In this document: positions 9,232 to 19,219 of the stretch, piece by piece
Position numbering within the stretch: position 1 is the stretch's first letter
How the letters are laid out: each line of letters begins with the position of its first letter
Assembly (NCBI GenBank): GCA_964420965.1
Contig: CAYQUQ010000001.1
Span: forward strand, 31,544 to 95,543
Origin: an uncultured Planctomycetia bacterium
GTDB lineage: Bacteria; Omnitrophota; Gorgyraeia; Duberdicusellales; 4484-171
DNA length: 64,000 nt
Reading direction: 5' to 3'
The notes under the pieces: generated by a model
Told to the model about the DNA's origin: nothing
The model's database searches: none
Seen by the model: the letters and a program-made list of their open reading frames with translations, nothing else
Translations under genes and position numbers: made by a program

Positions 9232-9714
9232 ATGGATGATATATTGGAAATTTTAGAGAGTAATGCCCGGATTTCTTTAGATGAGCTTAAGAAGCTGACC
9301 GGCAAAGATAAAAAAACCATCGAAAAGACCATAAAAGGTTATGAGAAAAAAGGGGTAATCGTAAAATACAAGACTGTGATCAACCGGCAGAAGATTAAGG
9401 GCGAAGCCGGGGTGGTGGCCTTAATCGAGGTCCAGGTTACGCCCCAGAAAGATGTCGGCTTTGATCTGGTCGCCGAGAGGATTTACCGTTTTCCGGAAGT
9501 GAAAAGCTGTTACCTTATTTCCGGAACTTATGATTTACTCTTGATCGTTGAAGGAAAGGATATCCATACGGTAGCCAGCTTTGTTTCCGAGAAGCTGGCT
9601 CCTTTGAGTTCGGTTAAGGGGACTGTCAGCCATTTTATGCTTAAGAAGTATAAGGAAGACGGAGTGGTTTTGGTAAAAAAAGAAGAAGGCCAGAGATTGG
9701 CCATAACCTACTGA
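9232..9714 (+). CDS. Lrp/AsnC family regulator
   Basis: ILEILESNARIS HTH; IYRFPEVKSCYLISGTYDL; HFMLKKYK. Confidence 0.92.
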   Translation: MDDILEILESNARISLDELKKLTGKDKKTIEKTIKGYEKKGVIVKYKTVINRQKIKGEAGVVALIEVQVTPQKDVGFDLVAERIYRFPEVKSCYLISGTYDLLLIVEGKDIHTVASFVSEKLAPLSSVKGTVSHFMLKKYKEDGVVLVKKEEGQRLAITY

Positions 9715-9720
9715 AAAAGA

Positions 9721-10869
9721 ATGATTGCTAAACACGTAAAAAAAGTGCCTCCCTCGGGAATCCGGGAGTTTTTTGATCTGGTCTTGGGCATGCCGGAAGT
9801 AATCTCTTTAGGCGTGGGCGAGCCCGACTTTATTGCTCCCTGGCGGATTAGAGAAAAGGCCATTACCGCCTTGGAGAAGGGTTTGACTTCCTACACCTCC
9901 AATAAAGGGCTTTTTGTGCTGCGTTCCGACATCGCCCGGCACTTTAAAAAGAAATACGCTCTGAGCTATAATCCCGATAGCGAGATACTCATAACAGTGG
10001 GGGTAAGCGAAGCTCTGGATTTATCTCTGCGGGCTATCGTTGACCCCGGCGATAAAGTAATCGTGGTCAGCCCTCACTATGTTGCTTATCCGGCACTGGT
10101 AGAGATTTGCGGGGGCCAGGTACTCTATTTAGCCACCAAAGAGAGGGAAAATTTTAAAATCGACTTAAAGCGGCTGAAAGAACTTTTAAAGAAAAACCCC
10201 AAGGCAATAATTTTTAATAACCCGGTTAACCCCACCGGCGTCCATTATTCGGCGCCGGAACTAAAAGAAATCTGGGAAGCTTTAGCGGCGAAAAAAACTA
10301 TCGTGATCAGCGATGAGGTTTACGATGAGTTGACTTACGCAGAGAAGCATACCCCCTTTTCCGCTTTATCCGGACCGGCCCGCAAGAGGACCATAGTCCT
10401 TAACGGATTCTCCAAAGGCTATGCTATGACCGGCTTTAGAATCGGTTTTGCCTGTGCAGATAAGGAGATAATTTCGGCTATGGCTAAAATTCATTCTTTT
10501 TCCATAATGTGCGCGCCGATTATTGCTCAGGTCGCCGGATCCGAGGCCCTTTTAGCCCAAAGGGAAGTCAATTCCATGCGTGCGCAATATCACCGGAGAA
10601 GAGACTTTGTGGTCAAGGAATTAAATCGACTGGGGTTGGTTACGATAAATCCCAAAGGGGCTTTCTATTGCTTTCCCTCTTTGAAAAATTACAAGATAAG
10701 CTCTTTAGATTTTGCTAAAGGGCTTTTGCTCAAGGAGAAAGTGGCTGTGGTTCCCGGGCGCGCTTTCGGAAAAGAATACGATTCCTACGTAAGAATGTCT
10801 TACGCTAATTCTTTAGACAACTTGAGAGAGGCGGTAGTACGGATCGAGAGATTTTTAAGCCGGTTGTAG
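9721..10869 (+). CDS. PLP-dependent class I/II aminotransferase
   Basis: PPSGIREFF, NPVNPTG, SDEVYDEL, FSKGYAMTGFRIG; common partner of the upstream Lrp gene. Confidence 0.92.
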   Translation: MIAKHVKKVPPSGIREFFDLVLGMPEVISLGVGEPDFIAPWRIREKAITALEKGLTSYTSNKGLFVLRSDIARHFKKKYALSYNPDSEILITVGVSEALDLSLRAIVDPGDKVIVVSPHYVAYPALVEICGGQVLYLATKERENFKIDLKRLKELLKKNPKAIIFNNPVNPTGVHYSAPELKEIWEALAAKKTIVISDEVYDELTYAEKHTPFSALSGPARKRTIVLNGFSKGYAMTGFRIGFACADKEIISAMAKIHSFSIMCAPIIAQVAGSEALLAQREVNSMRAQYHRRRDFVVKELNRLGLVTINPKGAFYCFPSLKNYKISSLDFAKGLLLKEKVAVVPGRAFGKEYDSYVRMSYANSLDNLREAVVRIERFLSRL

Positions 10870-10882
10870 CCACGGTAATTTT

Positions 10883-11173
10883 ATGGCCAGGCTGTCCAAA
10901 ATAAAAACGGATAAAAAGAATATCCGGACTCTGGTGATGAAGCTGGGGAATAAAAACCTGATTGTGCTGCGCGGCCAGAAAGGTTATGTTATGTGCGGGT
11001 ATTTAAGCTTAAAGGCGGCCGGTAAATTCAAGGATGCGGCGGCAGTCATTACCGGGGTTTCTACCCTTAAAGAAGCCCTTAAAGCCAAAGTTTATTCAGC
11101 TACGCTTAAGGCGAAAAGGCTGGGAATACATAAGGGTCAGTGCATAAAAGATGTCCTCAAAATTATCGCTTAA
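10883..11173 (+). CDS. YunC/DUF1805 family protein
   Basis: KGYVMCGYL, AAVITGVST, AKRLGI. Confidence 0.8.
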   Translation: MARLSKIKTDKKNIRTLVMKLGNKNLIVLRGQKGYVMCGYLSLKAAGKFKDAAAVITGVSTLKEALKAKVYSATLKAKRLGIHKGQCIKDVLKIIA

Positions 11174-13514
11174 GTTAATAGCCGGACTGGTTGTTTTGTT
11201 TTCTTTTGGCGTGACAGAAGCCTCCGGCAGCAACCCTTCCGCAGAATCTCTAAGTTCATTCACTGCGCGTTACCACGATTTGACCCTCCGGCTTGAAGAA
11301 GCCGTCGCGGCCGATCCCGATAACCTCGATTTAAGAATAAAGCTGTCCGGATTTTACTGTGATTTCCGGGATTATGAAAAGGCGATCGCCATCCTTAAAA
11401 ATATTGACTCCCGGGAAGCCAAAGTGGTACTGGCTAAGGCTTATGCTAAGCTTAAAGAGCATGATTATGCCATCGAAATCTTTGAGCAGCTTAAACCCCT
11501 TCCCGAGGATCCCGAATATCTTTATCTTTACGGCACGGTTTTAGAGGAGAAGAATTTATTCCCTAAGGCCATCAAAATTTACGCCCGGGTCGGCCCTCCG
11601 TTCGAGCTTAAAGCTAAAGAAAGAGTAAAAAGTATCCGGTTTAAGGTGGAGAAGGAAATTCCCGAAGCGATAGCAAAGATTTCCCGGAAAGCAAAAAGTT
11701 TTCTCAAAAGTATTAAAGATGACGCCGCGGTCTACCTGCTCGTTGACGAAGATATGGAAGTCCGGACCGACAACACCTCTTTGTCTACAGTGCATATTAT
11801 CGAGAAAGTTTTGAAGGAAAGGGGAAAAGAGCTGGCGGAGGTGGAGATTGGCTATGACTCTACTTATCAGCGGATAGAGCTGGAATTCGCCCGTACCATT
11901 ACCAAAGACGGTAAAGTAATTTATGCCGGGAAAGAAAACATTCGGGATATCGGCCGTTATCTTAATTATCCCCTCTACAGTAACTCCCGGGCCTTTATAG
12001 TTTCCATGCCTTCCGTGGATGTCGGTTCTTTCATCGAGTATAAAATAAAAATTTATTCCTCAAAACTGATCAATGAGGACGATTTCACTTTTATTTACCG
12101 CTTGCGGGAAAAATACCCGATATTCCGGGCTGCTTTTCGCCTGATCGTTCCCAAGAAAAGAAAGGTTAATTTTAAATTCTTCAATCCCGATTACGCTAAG
12201 GGTATAAAGCTTAAGCCTTCGGCGAAGATAAAGGGGGATAAACGGATATATTCCTGGAGTTTTAAGAAAATAGACCCGATAGTTCCTGAGTACGCCATGC
12301 CGCCCGTCTCCTTCGTTAACCCGGCAGTGTTGGTTTCCAGTTTTTCGACCTGGGAAGAGATTTATAAGTGGTGGCATTCTCTGTACCGGGATAAAATCGA
12401 GGCTACCGCAGAAATAAAAAGCTTTACCCAAAAACTTATCGCCGGTAAATCCAGCGAACGGGATAAAGCCAAAGCCATCCATGAATTCGTCGCCAAGAAT
12501 ATCCGCTATGTGGCCATCGAATACGGGGACAGCGGCTACGAGCCCCATCGGGCCGAAGAGGTATTCATCAACCGCTACGGCGATTGCAAGGACCAGGCGA
12601 TCTTACTGGTAAGCATGCTGCGGGCGGCCGGATTAAAAGCCTATCCGGTGCTCATCCCGACCCGTAAAGCCTATCCGATCGCCGAAGATTTTCCTTCTTC
12701 TAATTTTAACCACGCTATCTGCGCCGTGGAACTGGGAAAAGAGCTGATTTTCATGGATCCGACTGCCGAAGCCACTCCTTTTGCCCAGATTCCCCTTTCC
12801 GATCAGAAAAGGAAGGTGTTGGTATTTTTTGACGAAACCTACAAAATACTTACCGTCCCTCAGATAAAGGAAAATACAGTGCGCTACGTCATGGATATCG
12901 ACATCAACAGGGACGAGAATGCTACGGTTACAAGAAAGGTATATACACAAGGATTCTTTGCTTCCTCTTACCGCTGGTATTTAAAATATACCCATCCGGC
13001 TATAATCGAAGAGGACATCCGTAAAAAAATGGTCGCGCTTTCCTCGCTTTCCCGCCTTTTAGATTACGTAATAAAGGATGTCGATGATTTTGATTCTCCG
13101 CCTTCACTGGTTTATAAATTCAAGGCCGATAAATTTCTTAATCCGGCCGGTGAATTAAGAATTATCCCGGCTTTAGACGAGGTCTCTTTAAATCATGAGA
13201 TAATCAGTAAGGAGAAAAGAGATTTCCCCGTCGATTTTGAAGGGTTTTACACCAAGCAGGCGGTCATAAAGATCAATCTTCCCGGAAACTTAAAAGTTAA
13301 ATATTTACCGGACGACTTAGGTTTAGAAAATCCCTGGTTTAAGCTTTCTGCATCCTACCAGAAGCTGCCCGGGGCCATTGATTTCCGCCAGGAGCTGACG
13401 GTTAAGAAGAAATTGGTAGCCCAAAAAAATTATCCGGAATTTAAGCGTTATTTCGAGGATGCGCTTTACCGCTTAAAAGAGCAGATTATTTTAAAGAGAA
13501 ACAAACCCCGTTAG
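11151..13514 (+). CDS. Exported TPR + DUF3857/transglutaminase-like protein
   Basis: Signal peptide, TPRs, GDCKDQA / FNHAI / DPT triad; stop codon lies inside a family A palindrome. Confidence 0.85.
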   Translation: MSSKLSLKLIAGLVVLFSFGVTEASGSNPSAESLSSFTARYHDLTLRLEEAVAADPDNLDLRIKLSGFYCDFRDYEKAIAILKNIDSREAKVVLAKAYAKLKEHDYAIEIFEQLKPLPEDPEYLYLYGTVLEEKNLFPKAIKIYARVGPPFELKAKERVKSIRFKVEKEIPEAIAKISRKAKSFLKSIKDDAAVYLLVDEDMEVRTDNTSLSTVHIIEKVLKERGKELAEVEIGYDSTYQRIELEFARTITKDGKVIYAGKENIRDIGRYLNYPLYSNSRAFIVSMPSVDVGSFIEYKIKIYSSKLINEDDFTFIYRLREKYPIFRAAFRLIVPKKRKVNFKFFNPDYAKGIKLKPSAKIKGDKRIYSWSFKKIDPIVPEYAMPPVSFVNPAVLVSSFSTWEEIYKWWHSLYRDKIEATAEIKSFTQKLIAGKSSERDKAKAIHEFVAKNIRYVAIEYGDSGYEPHRAEEVFINRYGDCKDQAILLVSMLRAAGLKAYPVLIPTRKAYPIAEDFPSSNFNHAICAVELGKELIFMDPTAEATPFAQIPLSDQKRKVLVFFDETYKILTVPQIKENTVRYVMDIDINRDENATVTRKVYTQGFFASSYRWYLKYTHPAIIEEDIRKKMVALSSLSRLLDYVIKDVDDFDSPPSLVYKFKADKFLNPAGELRIIPALDEVSLNHEIISKEKRDFPVDFEGFYTKQAVIKINLPGNLKVKYLPDDLGLENPWFKLSASYQKLPGAIDFRQELTVKKKLVAQKNYPEFKRYFEDALYRLKEQIILKRNKPR

Positions 13515-13540
13515 AGAACGAAGTTCTCTAACGGGGTAAA
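13505..13540. repeat. Palindromic element family A, copy 2
   Basis: accccgttagagaac-gaa-gttctctaacggggt+aaa, perfect 15-bp arms. Confidence 0.9.
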
Positions 13541-13545
13541 TAGCC

Positions 13546-13905
13546 ATGGTTCGGAAAGATTTCGAGATTAAATTTTACGAGGATATTTTAAAAAAACACC
13601 CCGATTTTGTTAATGTGCTTATATCTCTCGGCGATACTTATACCCGTAAAGGGCTCCATCAGGAAGGTCTAGCCGTAGACAAAAAATTAGTCAGTTTAAA
13701 GCCGGATGACCCGATCGTACACTATAATCTGGCCTGTAGCCTTTCTTTAACCGGCCAGGTTAAAGAAGCTTTGTCAGAGCTGAAAAGGGCGGTTTTGCTC
13801 GGCTATGACGACTCCTCGCATATCTTAAGAGACCCCGATTTAGAAAACCTGCGTAAGAGCCCTGAGTTTAAGTCTTTTTACCAAAAGTTAAAAAGGCTTA
13901 AATGA
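13546..13905 (+). CDS. TPR protein
   Basis: LGDTYTRKG, VHYNLACSLSL, DPDLENLR. Confidence 0.85.
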   Translation: MVRKDFEIKFYEDILKKHPDFVNVLISLGDTYTRKGLHQEGLAVDKKLVSLKPDDPIVHYNLACSLSLTGQVKEALSELKRAVLLGYDDSSHILRDPDLENLRKSPEFKSFYQKLKRLK

Positions 13906-14810
13906 GCGGCAGGACGAAATTTAAATCCGGTTTTGTAGCCCTTTTAGGCCGGCCCAACGCCGGAAAGTCAACTCTGCTTAACGCCCTGGTGGGGAATAAG
14001 GTCAGTATTATCTCCCCGATTCCTCAGACCACCCGCCATCAAATAAAGGGGATCCTCAACTTAAAACAGGCGCAATTAGTCTTCGTGGATACTCCCGGAA
14101 TGCACTCCTTTAAGGATAAGCTGGCCGAGCACTTAAATACCATTGCTAAGAAATCGCTAAAGGGATGTGATCTGATCATCTATGTCGTGGATGTTTCCCG
14201 GCGGATCGGAAAGGAGGAGGAAAGGCTGCTTTCGCTCCTGGCCGGGCAGAATATTAAGACGATAATGGTTTTAAATAAGATTGACTTAGGTCTAAACTTT
14301 TTCAATGATTACGTTGCTTTCTGGCGAAAAAAGGCTAAAGAAAAAGATCCGCTTTTATGTTATATGCCCCTTTCGGCTAAAACCGGTAAAAATGTTGATC
14401 GGTTAAGGGAGGTTCTAACCGATAATTTACCCCCGGGGGAACCCTATTACGATAAGGGTACGCTTACCGATTTCCCCCTTAAGTTTCGGGTCGCCGACAT
14501 CATCCGGGAAAAGCTGTTTTTAGAGTTAAAAAAGGAATTGCCCCATTCTCTGGCCGTCGAAGTTGAAGAGATCGCGGATAAGGGAAAAAAGATTTACATC
14601 AAAGCCAATATTTATGTAAAGAGCAACTCCCAGAAGAGAATTGTGGTGGGCAAAGGCGGCGGGCTGCTTAAAAGAACCGGCAGTACTTCCCGTCCCGAAA
14701 TCGAGCGGATTTATCGGAAGAAAGTTTTTTTAGATATCTGGGTTAAAGTGCTAAAGGACTGGCAAAGCCGCCCCCGGATCCTTAAAGAATTAGGGTACTG
14801 GTGGGAATAG
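13902..14810 (+). CDS. era: GTPase Era
   Basis: GRPNAGKSTL, PQTTR, DTPG, NKID, KH domain VVGKGG. Confidence 0.96.
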   Translation: MSGRTKFKSGFVALLGRPNAGKSTLLNALVGNKVSIISPIPQTTRHQIKGILNLKQAQLVFVDTPGMHSFKDKLAEHLNTIAKKSLKGCDLIIYVVDVSRRIGKEEERLLSLLAGQNIKTIMVLNKIDLGLNFFNDYVAFWRKKAKEKDPLLCYMPLSAKTGKNVDRLREVLTDNLPPGEPYYDKGTLTDFPLKFRVADIIREKLFLELKKELPHSLAVEVEEIADKGKKIYIKANIYVKSNSQKRIVVGKGGGLLKRTGSTSRPEIERIYRKKVFLDIWVKVLKDWQSRPRILKELGYWWE

Positions 14811-14830
14811 GTTTGTTAAAGGCTATAATT

Positions 14831-15073
14831 TTATGTTGCAATGCGTAATGCAAAATAGGGAACAACATTAAAAACGAATACAACTATTTTAAAGAAAGCT
14901 ATGCCCGCATAATGAATTGCATCGAACGTTTCTACCGGAATTTTGAACCACTTGCTATGCATACGATAAACCCAGTCATGGGCAAACAGGATAATAAAAA
15001 ACCACCACAGTAATAAGCCCATATTAATTACAGCGCACCATCCCAGTACTCCCCGCAATATGTCAACTGTCAT
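14831..15073 (-). CDS. Small membrane protein (DUF6868-like), cassette-borne
   Basis: 80-aa ORF with AGGAGG RBS directly after the GTTAGGT core of attC-1; two hydrophobic segments. Confidence 0.75.
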   Translation of the reverse strand: MTVDILRGVLGWCAVINMGLLLWWFFIILFAHDWVYRMHSKWFKIPVETFDAIHYAGIAFFKIVVFVFNVVPYFALRIAT

Positions 15074-15102
15074 TTGCCACCTCCTTTTTTTGTAAATATC
15101 TC

Positions 15103-15251
15103 ACCTAACACAAAAATCAGCCCCGTTGTAGCTTACAGTTGCCTTCGGTAACTTATCTCTAACGGGGTAAACGGCCTGAGCCCAAGTAATGGAAGGGTCA
15201 GGTGCTTGCCCCGTTAGACCGAAGGTCTAATGGGGGATTGATTTGTTATAG
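15103..15251 (-). mobile_element. Integron attC-like site 1, interrupted by two family A palindromes
   Basis: + strand acctaac-acaaa-aatcagc ... gggggatt-gattt-gttatag; same ends as the sites at 46669 and 47619. Confidence 0.7.
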
Positions 15252-15291
15252 GTTTATTAGATTATCAATATCTTTTCCAAATTCATTCTGT

Positions 15292-16911
15292 CTACTCATT
15301 TTTCTTAACAAAAACTGCAATAGTACCTGCTACGAAAATTACAAGACCGGCAACAATCCATAGATTTGATACAAGTACTCCATAGTAAGTTACTACGATC
15401 CCAACTATCATAAAGACTATTCCTACGATCCCCTTTGCTATATGCCAAATTTTCTTATTCGAATTTAAATAAAGCTTCTTTCTTTTTATCAAACACCTAA
15501 TTGCAAACCCGACAGTAATCAGTGAAGAAATCAGTAAAAATAATAGTACACCCCCCCATTTTTTTATGAGAAAGAGTTCCCTTAAATCAGAATCGATAAA
15601 TGAAACTGCCATATGATTTCCTATACTGAGATAAAATCTTTTTAATTGCCAATAAAGCCCTTTCGCTTCGCGGTATCTTCCAGTGTCACCATAAAGGTCT
15701 GCTAAATCTTCGTACCGCCAAACGTCATCTGCATTGGCAACGTTAGGCTCTATTTGAATGGATTTCTCGTAATAAGATATTGATTTGTCAGGATCTCGCC
15801 AGCGGTAAATTGCACCAATTCTTGCGTATGGTACATGGTGTTCCGGGTTTATCTCGATTGCTTTTTGGTATAGTTCAACTGACTTTTGATAATCCCTTAT
15901 ACCTCCATACGCCTTAGCAAGCAGCATATAGAGATCAAAAGAATCAGGTTTTAACTCTAAGGCTTTCTCGAAATAAGTAATCGCTTCACGGTATTGATCT
16001 TCCGAGGGCACATAATCTCCCTGAAGCGCTTTCTCCCCCTGCATCCGATAATAATCTGCTTTTGTCGATTCATCAATACCCCCAAAAGCTAATTTACGAT
16101 ATTTTTCTAAAACTGGCTTGATATGATTGATTGCTAAGGCAAAATTAATGTTTTGACCTTCTCTATATTGCCAGGTGACTAAGCCGATAACCTCTCCTTT
16201 GGAATTGATGAGAGGGCCGCCGCTATTCCCTGGAGATACGGGAGCGGTCAATTGAAGCCAACGTAAATCCTGATCATGCCGAACACCCGATAATACTCCA
16301 TCACTAAAGGAATATTCCAATCCTAATGATGCTCCTATGCAATAAACAGCTTCTCCGGTTTCTACTGTATCAGAATTACCCAGATTAACGACGGGGAGAC
16401 GATCGGCAGTAATTTTTAGAATCGTCATGTCATATTTAGGGTCTGTATATACTACGCTTTCTATAGGAAATGTTGATTCGTCCTTCAGCACAACCACGAG
16501 TCTCTCCCGATCAAATTGATGGCCAACTACATGATGATTAGTAATAATCAAACCTTTACTATCTACAATAAATCCACTTCCGATATTTTCTCTTCTTTCA
16601 CTCCCATACTCTTTTTTAGAGAAATATACAACAGCCGGGCTTACATCTGCAAAGATGTCTCGAGATGATTTTATTGAAGATGTTCTAGATGAAAATTTAT
16701 TTTGTTCCTCGTTGACTGCCTCACCAATAATCTTCTCGATATCTTCCCGATAATAGGTCATCGGCACACCGTAAACATCTATTTTTATATAATCCTCAGC
16801 TCTTTCGATTATTTCTGCCTCTATGGTTCTGCCGGATTTGAGAATAATTATTTCGGCAAATAGAGGCGATGTTAACACTAGAGATAGCAAGGCAATAATT
16901 AATTTTTTCAT
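15292..16911 (-). CDS. Exported trypsin-like serine protease with TPRs and C-terminal membrane helices
   Basis: Signal peptide; TNHHV, DMTIL, GNSGGP triad; TPRs; three hydrophobic C-terminal segments; AT-rich. Confidence 0.88.
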   Translation of the reverse strand: MKKLIIALLSLVLTSPLFAEIIILKSGRTIEAEIIERAEDYIKIDVYGVPMTYYREDIEKIIGEAVNEEQNKFSSRTSSIKSSRDIFADVSPAVVYFSKKEYGSERRENIGSGFIVDSKGLIITNHHVVGHQFDRERLVVVLKDESTFPIESVVYTDPKYDMTILKITADRLPVVNLGNSDTVETGEAVYCIGASLGLEYSFSDGVLSGVRHDQDLRWLQLTAPVSPGNSGGPLINSKGEVIGLVTWQYREGQNINFALAINHIKPVLEKYRKLAFGGIDESTKADYYRMQGEKALQGDYVPSEDQYREAITYFEKALELKPDSFDLYMLLAKAYGGIRDYQKSVELYQKAIEINPEHHVPYARIGAIYRWRDPDKSISYYEKSIQIEPNVANADDVWRYEDLADLYGDTGRYREAKGLYWQLKRFYLSIGNHMAVSFIDSDLRELFLIKKWGGVLLFLLISSLITVGFAIRCLIKRKKLYLNSNKKIWHIAKGIVGIVFMIVGIVVTYYGVLVSNLWIVAGLVIFVAGTIAVFVKKNE

Positions 16912-16996
16912 GGCGCTCCTTTTATGTTTTATTTTTTCCTATAGTAATTAACATGCGGATTCCCTGTTTTTTAGCTAAGCACGGGATACCGAAGAT

Positions 16997-17025
16997 AGTA
17001 TAGCATTTTCTTGCCAATTTTTGAA
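16997..17025 (-). promoter_or_regulatory. Putative sigma70 promoter driving cassette array 1
   Basis: Minus strand TTCAAA-17-TATACT with TGn. Confidence 0.5.
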
Positions 17026-17028
17026 AGA

Positions 17029-17090
17029 ATTTTAGCTTAAGATTAACCGATAAAGTATTGTTTGAAATCAGGGTGAATATCGAATAGAAT
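17029..17090 (+). promoter_or_regulatory. Conserved 39-bp motif plus sigma70 promoter
   Basis: 36/39 identical to 48251-48289; TTGAAA(17062)-17-TAGAAT(17085), ATG 8 nt downstream. Confidence 0.7.
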
Positions 17091-17098
17091 TATACGGT

Positions 17099-17608
17099 AT
17101 GAGTATTTTAGAGGTAATAAAGGCGCGCAGGTCAGTACGGAAGTTTAAGCAGAAGGCCGTTCCTTTGAAGGTTATCGAGGGCATTTTAGAGGCCGGCCGG
17201 TGGGCCCCTTCCGGGCTGAATAACCAGCCCTGGCGGTTTATGGTGTTGGGGAAAGAAAAGAAAGATTCCTTAGCCCAATTTACCCATTATGGCCGTATCG
17301 TAAAGGGAGCAGATAAAGTTATTCTGGTATTTTTGGACAAGAAGGCTTCCTATAATTATGAAAAAGATTTAATGGCAATAGGAGCGTGCATTCAAAACAT
17401 GCTCCTTTATATCCACTCTATAAAATTAGGTGCCTGCTGGCTGGGCGAGATCCTAAACCAACGGGAGAAGGTGCAGGGCTTTTTAAAGATATCGAAAATC
17501 CTGGAGTTAGAGGCTGTCATCGCTTTAGGCTATCCCGCAGCCGGCATTAAGAAGGGACGGCGAAAACAGCCAAAAGATTTATCGATGGCAAAATATGAAA
17601 GTATGTAA
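17099..17608 (+). CDS. Nitroreductase family protein
   Basis: RRSVRKF, APSGLNNQPWRF, QNMLL, LGACW. Confidence 0.92.
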   Translation: MSILEVIKARRSVRKFKQKAVPLKVIEGILEAGRWAPSGLNNQPWRFMVLGKEKKDSLAQFTHYGRIVKGADKVILVFLDKKASYNYEKDLMAIGACIQNMLLYIHSIKLGACWLGEILNQREKVQGFLKISKILELEAVIALGYPAAGIKKGRRKQPKDLSMAKYESM

Positions 17609-18740
17609 ACATTTCTCTGAGTGCGGTGGTTGCCGCCTCCAGGATACTCCCTACCCGGAACAACTGGCCGGCAAAGAAGATAAAATAAGAACTCTCCTTG
17701 GTTCTTTAGGTCTTTGCGCAGAGTTAAAACCCATCAATTATTCCGACCAGTGGTATTACCGCAATAAGATGGAGTTTAGCTTCGGCCGGGATGAAAGGGT
17801 TATTTGCGGTTTGTACAGTAAAAACCGGAAAGGGGAGCTTGTCGATTTAGAGGAGTGCCTGATTTTCTCACCCGTCGCGGCCCCGATTCTAAGAGCAGTT
17901 AAAGATTTCGCCCGGCGCAATGAATACCCGGTTTATAATCGCTACTCTCACCAGGGCTTTTTACGCAATGTAATTGTCCGGGAGGCTAAATTTACCCAGC
18001 AGCTCATGGTGGGAATGGTAACTACCAGCAGCCGGGAGTTTAAAGCTGAAGAGTTTGTGGAGGAATTAAGAAGTTTAAAACTAAATTCAGAAGTTAAATC
18101 TATTTACCGGATTATCAATGACTCCTGGTCAGACGCCGTGGTTTTTCAGAGAAAGGAGTTACTTTGGGGAGAGCCGCTGATAGAGGAACAGCTGGGTGAT
18201 TTTAAATTTAAAATCGGTATGGATACTTTTTTTCAGGTTAACCCCGGCATGATCGCTGGCTTCTATGATAAGCTTGCCGGCTATGCTAACCTGTCCGGCC
18301 AGGAAAGGGTTTTAGACCTTTTTTGCGGAGCCGGGTCCATCGGAATCTGGTTGGCCCGAAAAGCTAAGTTTGTCTGGGGGGTGGAAGCCAGCAAAGAGGT
18401 TGTGGATTTAGCCTGGCAAAACGCCAAGATTAATCATATCGAAAATATTTCCTTTTTTAGCGCGGATGCCCGGCGGTTTCTTAATACCCAGGGGGCCTTT
18501 TATCGCGATATCGACCTTTTGGTTATCAATCCTCCCCGCTCGGGGCTCTCCAAGCGGATAATCCGGTCCATCTTAAGGCTTTCTCCCCGGACGATTATTT
18601 ACTCTTCCTGTAACCCCACCGCCTTAGCTCAGGATTTAGGCCAGCTCATTACCGGCTATAACCTCGATTCTATTGAACCCTTTGACTTCTTCCCCCACAC
18701 TCCGCACTTAGAGGTTCTTTGCCTTTTGCGCCGCAAGTAA
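17595..18740 (+). CDS. rlmD: 23S rRNA (uracil-5)-methyltransferase
   Basis: CKHFSECGGC Fe-S motif, YRNKMEF, FFQVN, DLFCGAG, PPRSG, FPHTPHLE. Confidence 0.88.
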   Translation: MKVCKHFSECGGCRLQDTPYPEQLAGKEDKIRTLLGSLGLCAELKPINYSDQWYYRNKMEFSFGRDERVICGLYSKNRKGELVDLEECLIFSPVAAPILRAVKDFARRNEYPVYNRYSHQGFLRNVIVREAKFTQQLMVGMVTTSSREFKAEEFVEELRSLKLNSEVKSIYRIINDSWSDAVVFQRKELLWGEPLIEEQLGDFKFKIGMDTFFQVNPGMIAGFYDKLAGYANLSGQERVLDLFCGAGSIGIWLARKAKFVWGVEASKEVVDLAWQNAKINHIENISFFSADARRFLNTQGAFYRDIDLLVINPPRSGLSKRIIRSILRLSPRTIIYSSCNPTALAQDLGQLITGYNLDSIEPFDFFPHTPHLEVLCLLRRK

Positions 18741-18911
18741 GCGGTTACAAAAAAGCGGTGATTTTGGCCTCAAAGAGAAGATTTTTAGGTATATAAAATG
18801 GTATATTAGAACGGTTACCTGAATTAAGATTACCTTGTTTTCTTAAGAGCTTTTCGGGAGAGGCGATAAAAATATTCCTGTTTTTCCAGAATCAGTGATA
18901 GTAAATACTTA

Positions 18912-19057
18912 GTCTTCATCACAGCCGACACGGAAGAGCGCCGCCGGGGAGGGTGTCGGCAGACCATTCCCTACAGGTAACCAAAACACCGGCGGCATTG
19001 ACTTTATCCCCGGTAGCCTCAGTTTACAGGTTACCGGGGATCTTCAAAATCGAACCC
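18912..19057 (+). pseudogene. Orphan fragment homologous to the 3' end of the giant gene
   Basis: 32 nt (18939-18970) identical to 26026-26057; translates SSSQPTR..AAGEGVGRPF..GNQ..GGIDF..LQV; no start codon upstream. Confidence 0.75.
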
Positions 19058-19219
19058 CGGAACGAACTCTGCTTGTAAGCGCTTACAAAAAACCCTTGAT
19101 TTTAAAGGGAAATACGAGATTTTCCCTTATCCAAAATGTTATACTCAAGAGGTTACCTCTTTTTTTGAGCGCTTTTTGGTTACCTATAGTTTGTAAAACT
19201 TAATTTCGGGAGACGAAGA

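Noticed and set aside
9206-9233. ATTTAACATAA, a perfect match to the XerD arm of dif
   Set aside because: No credible XerC arm at 6-bp spacing; it lies in an AT-rich promoter/RBS region.
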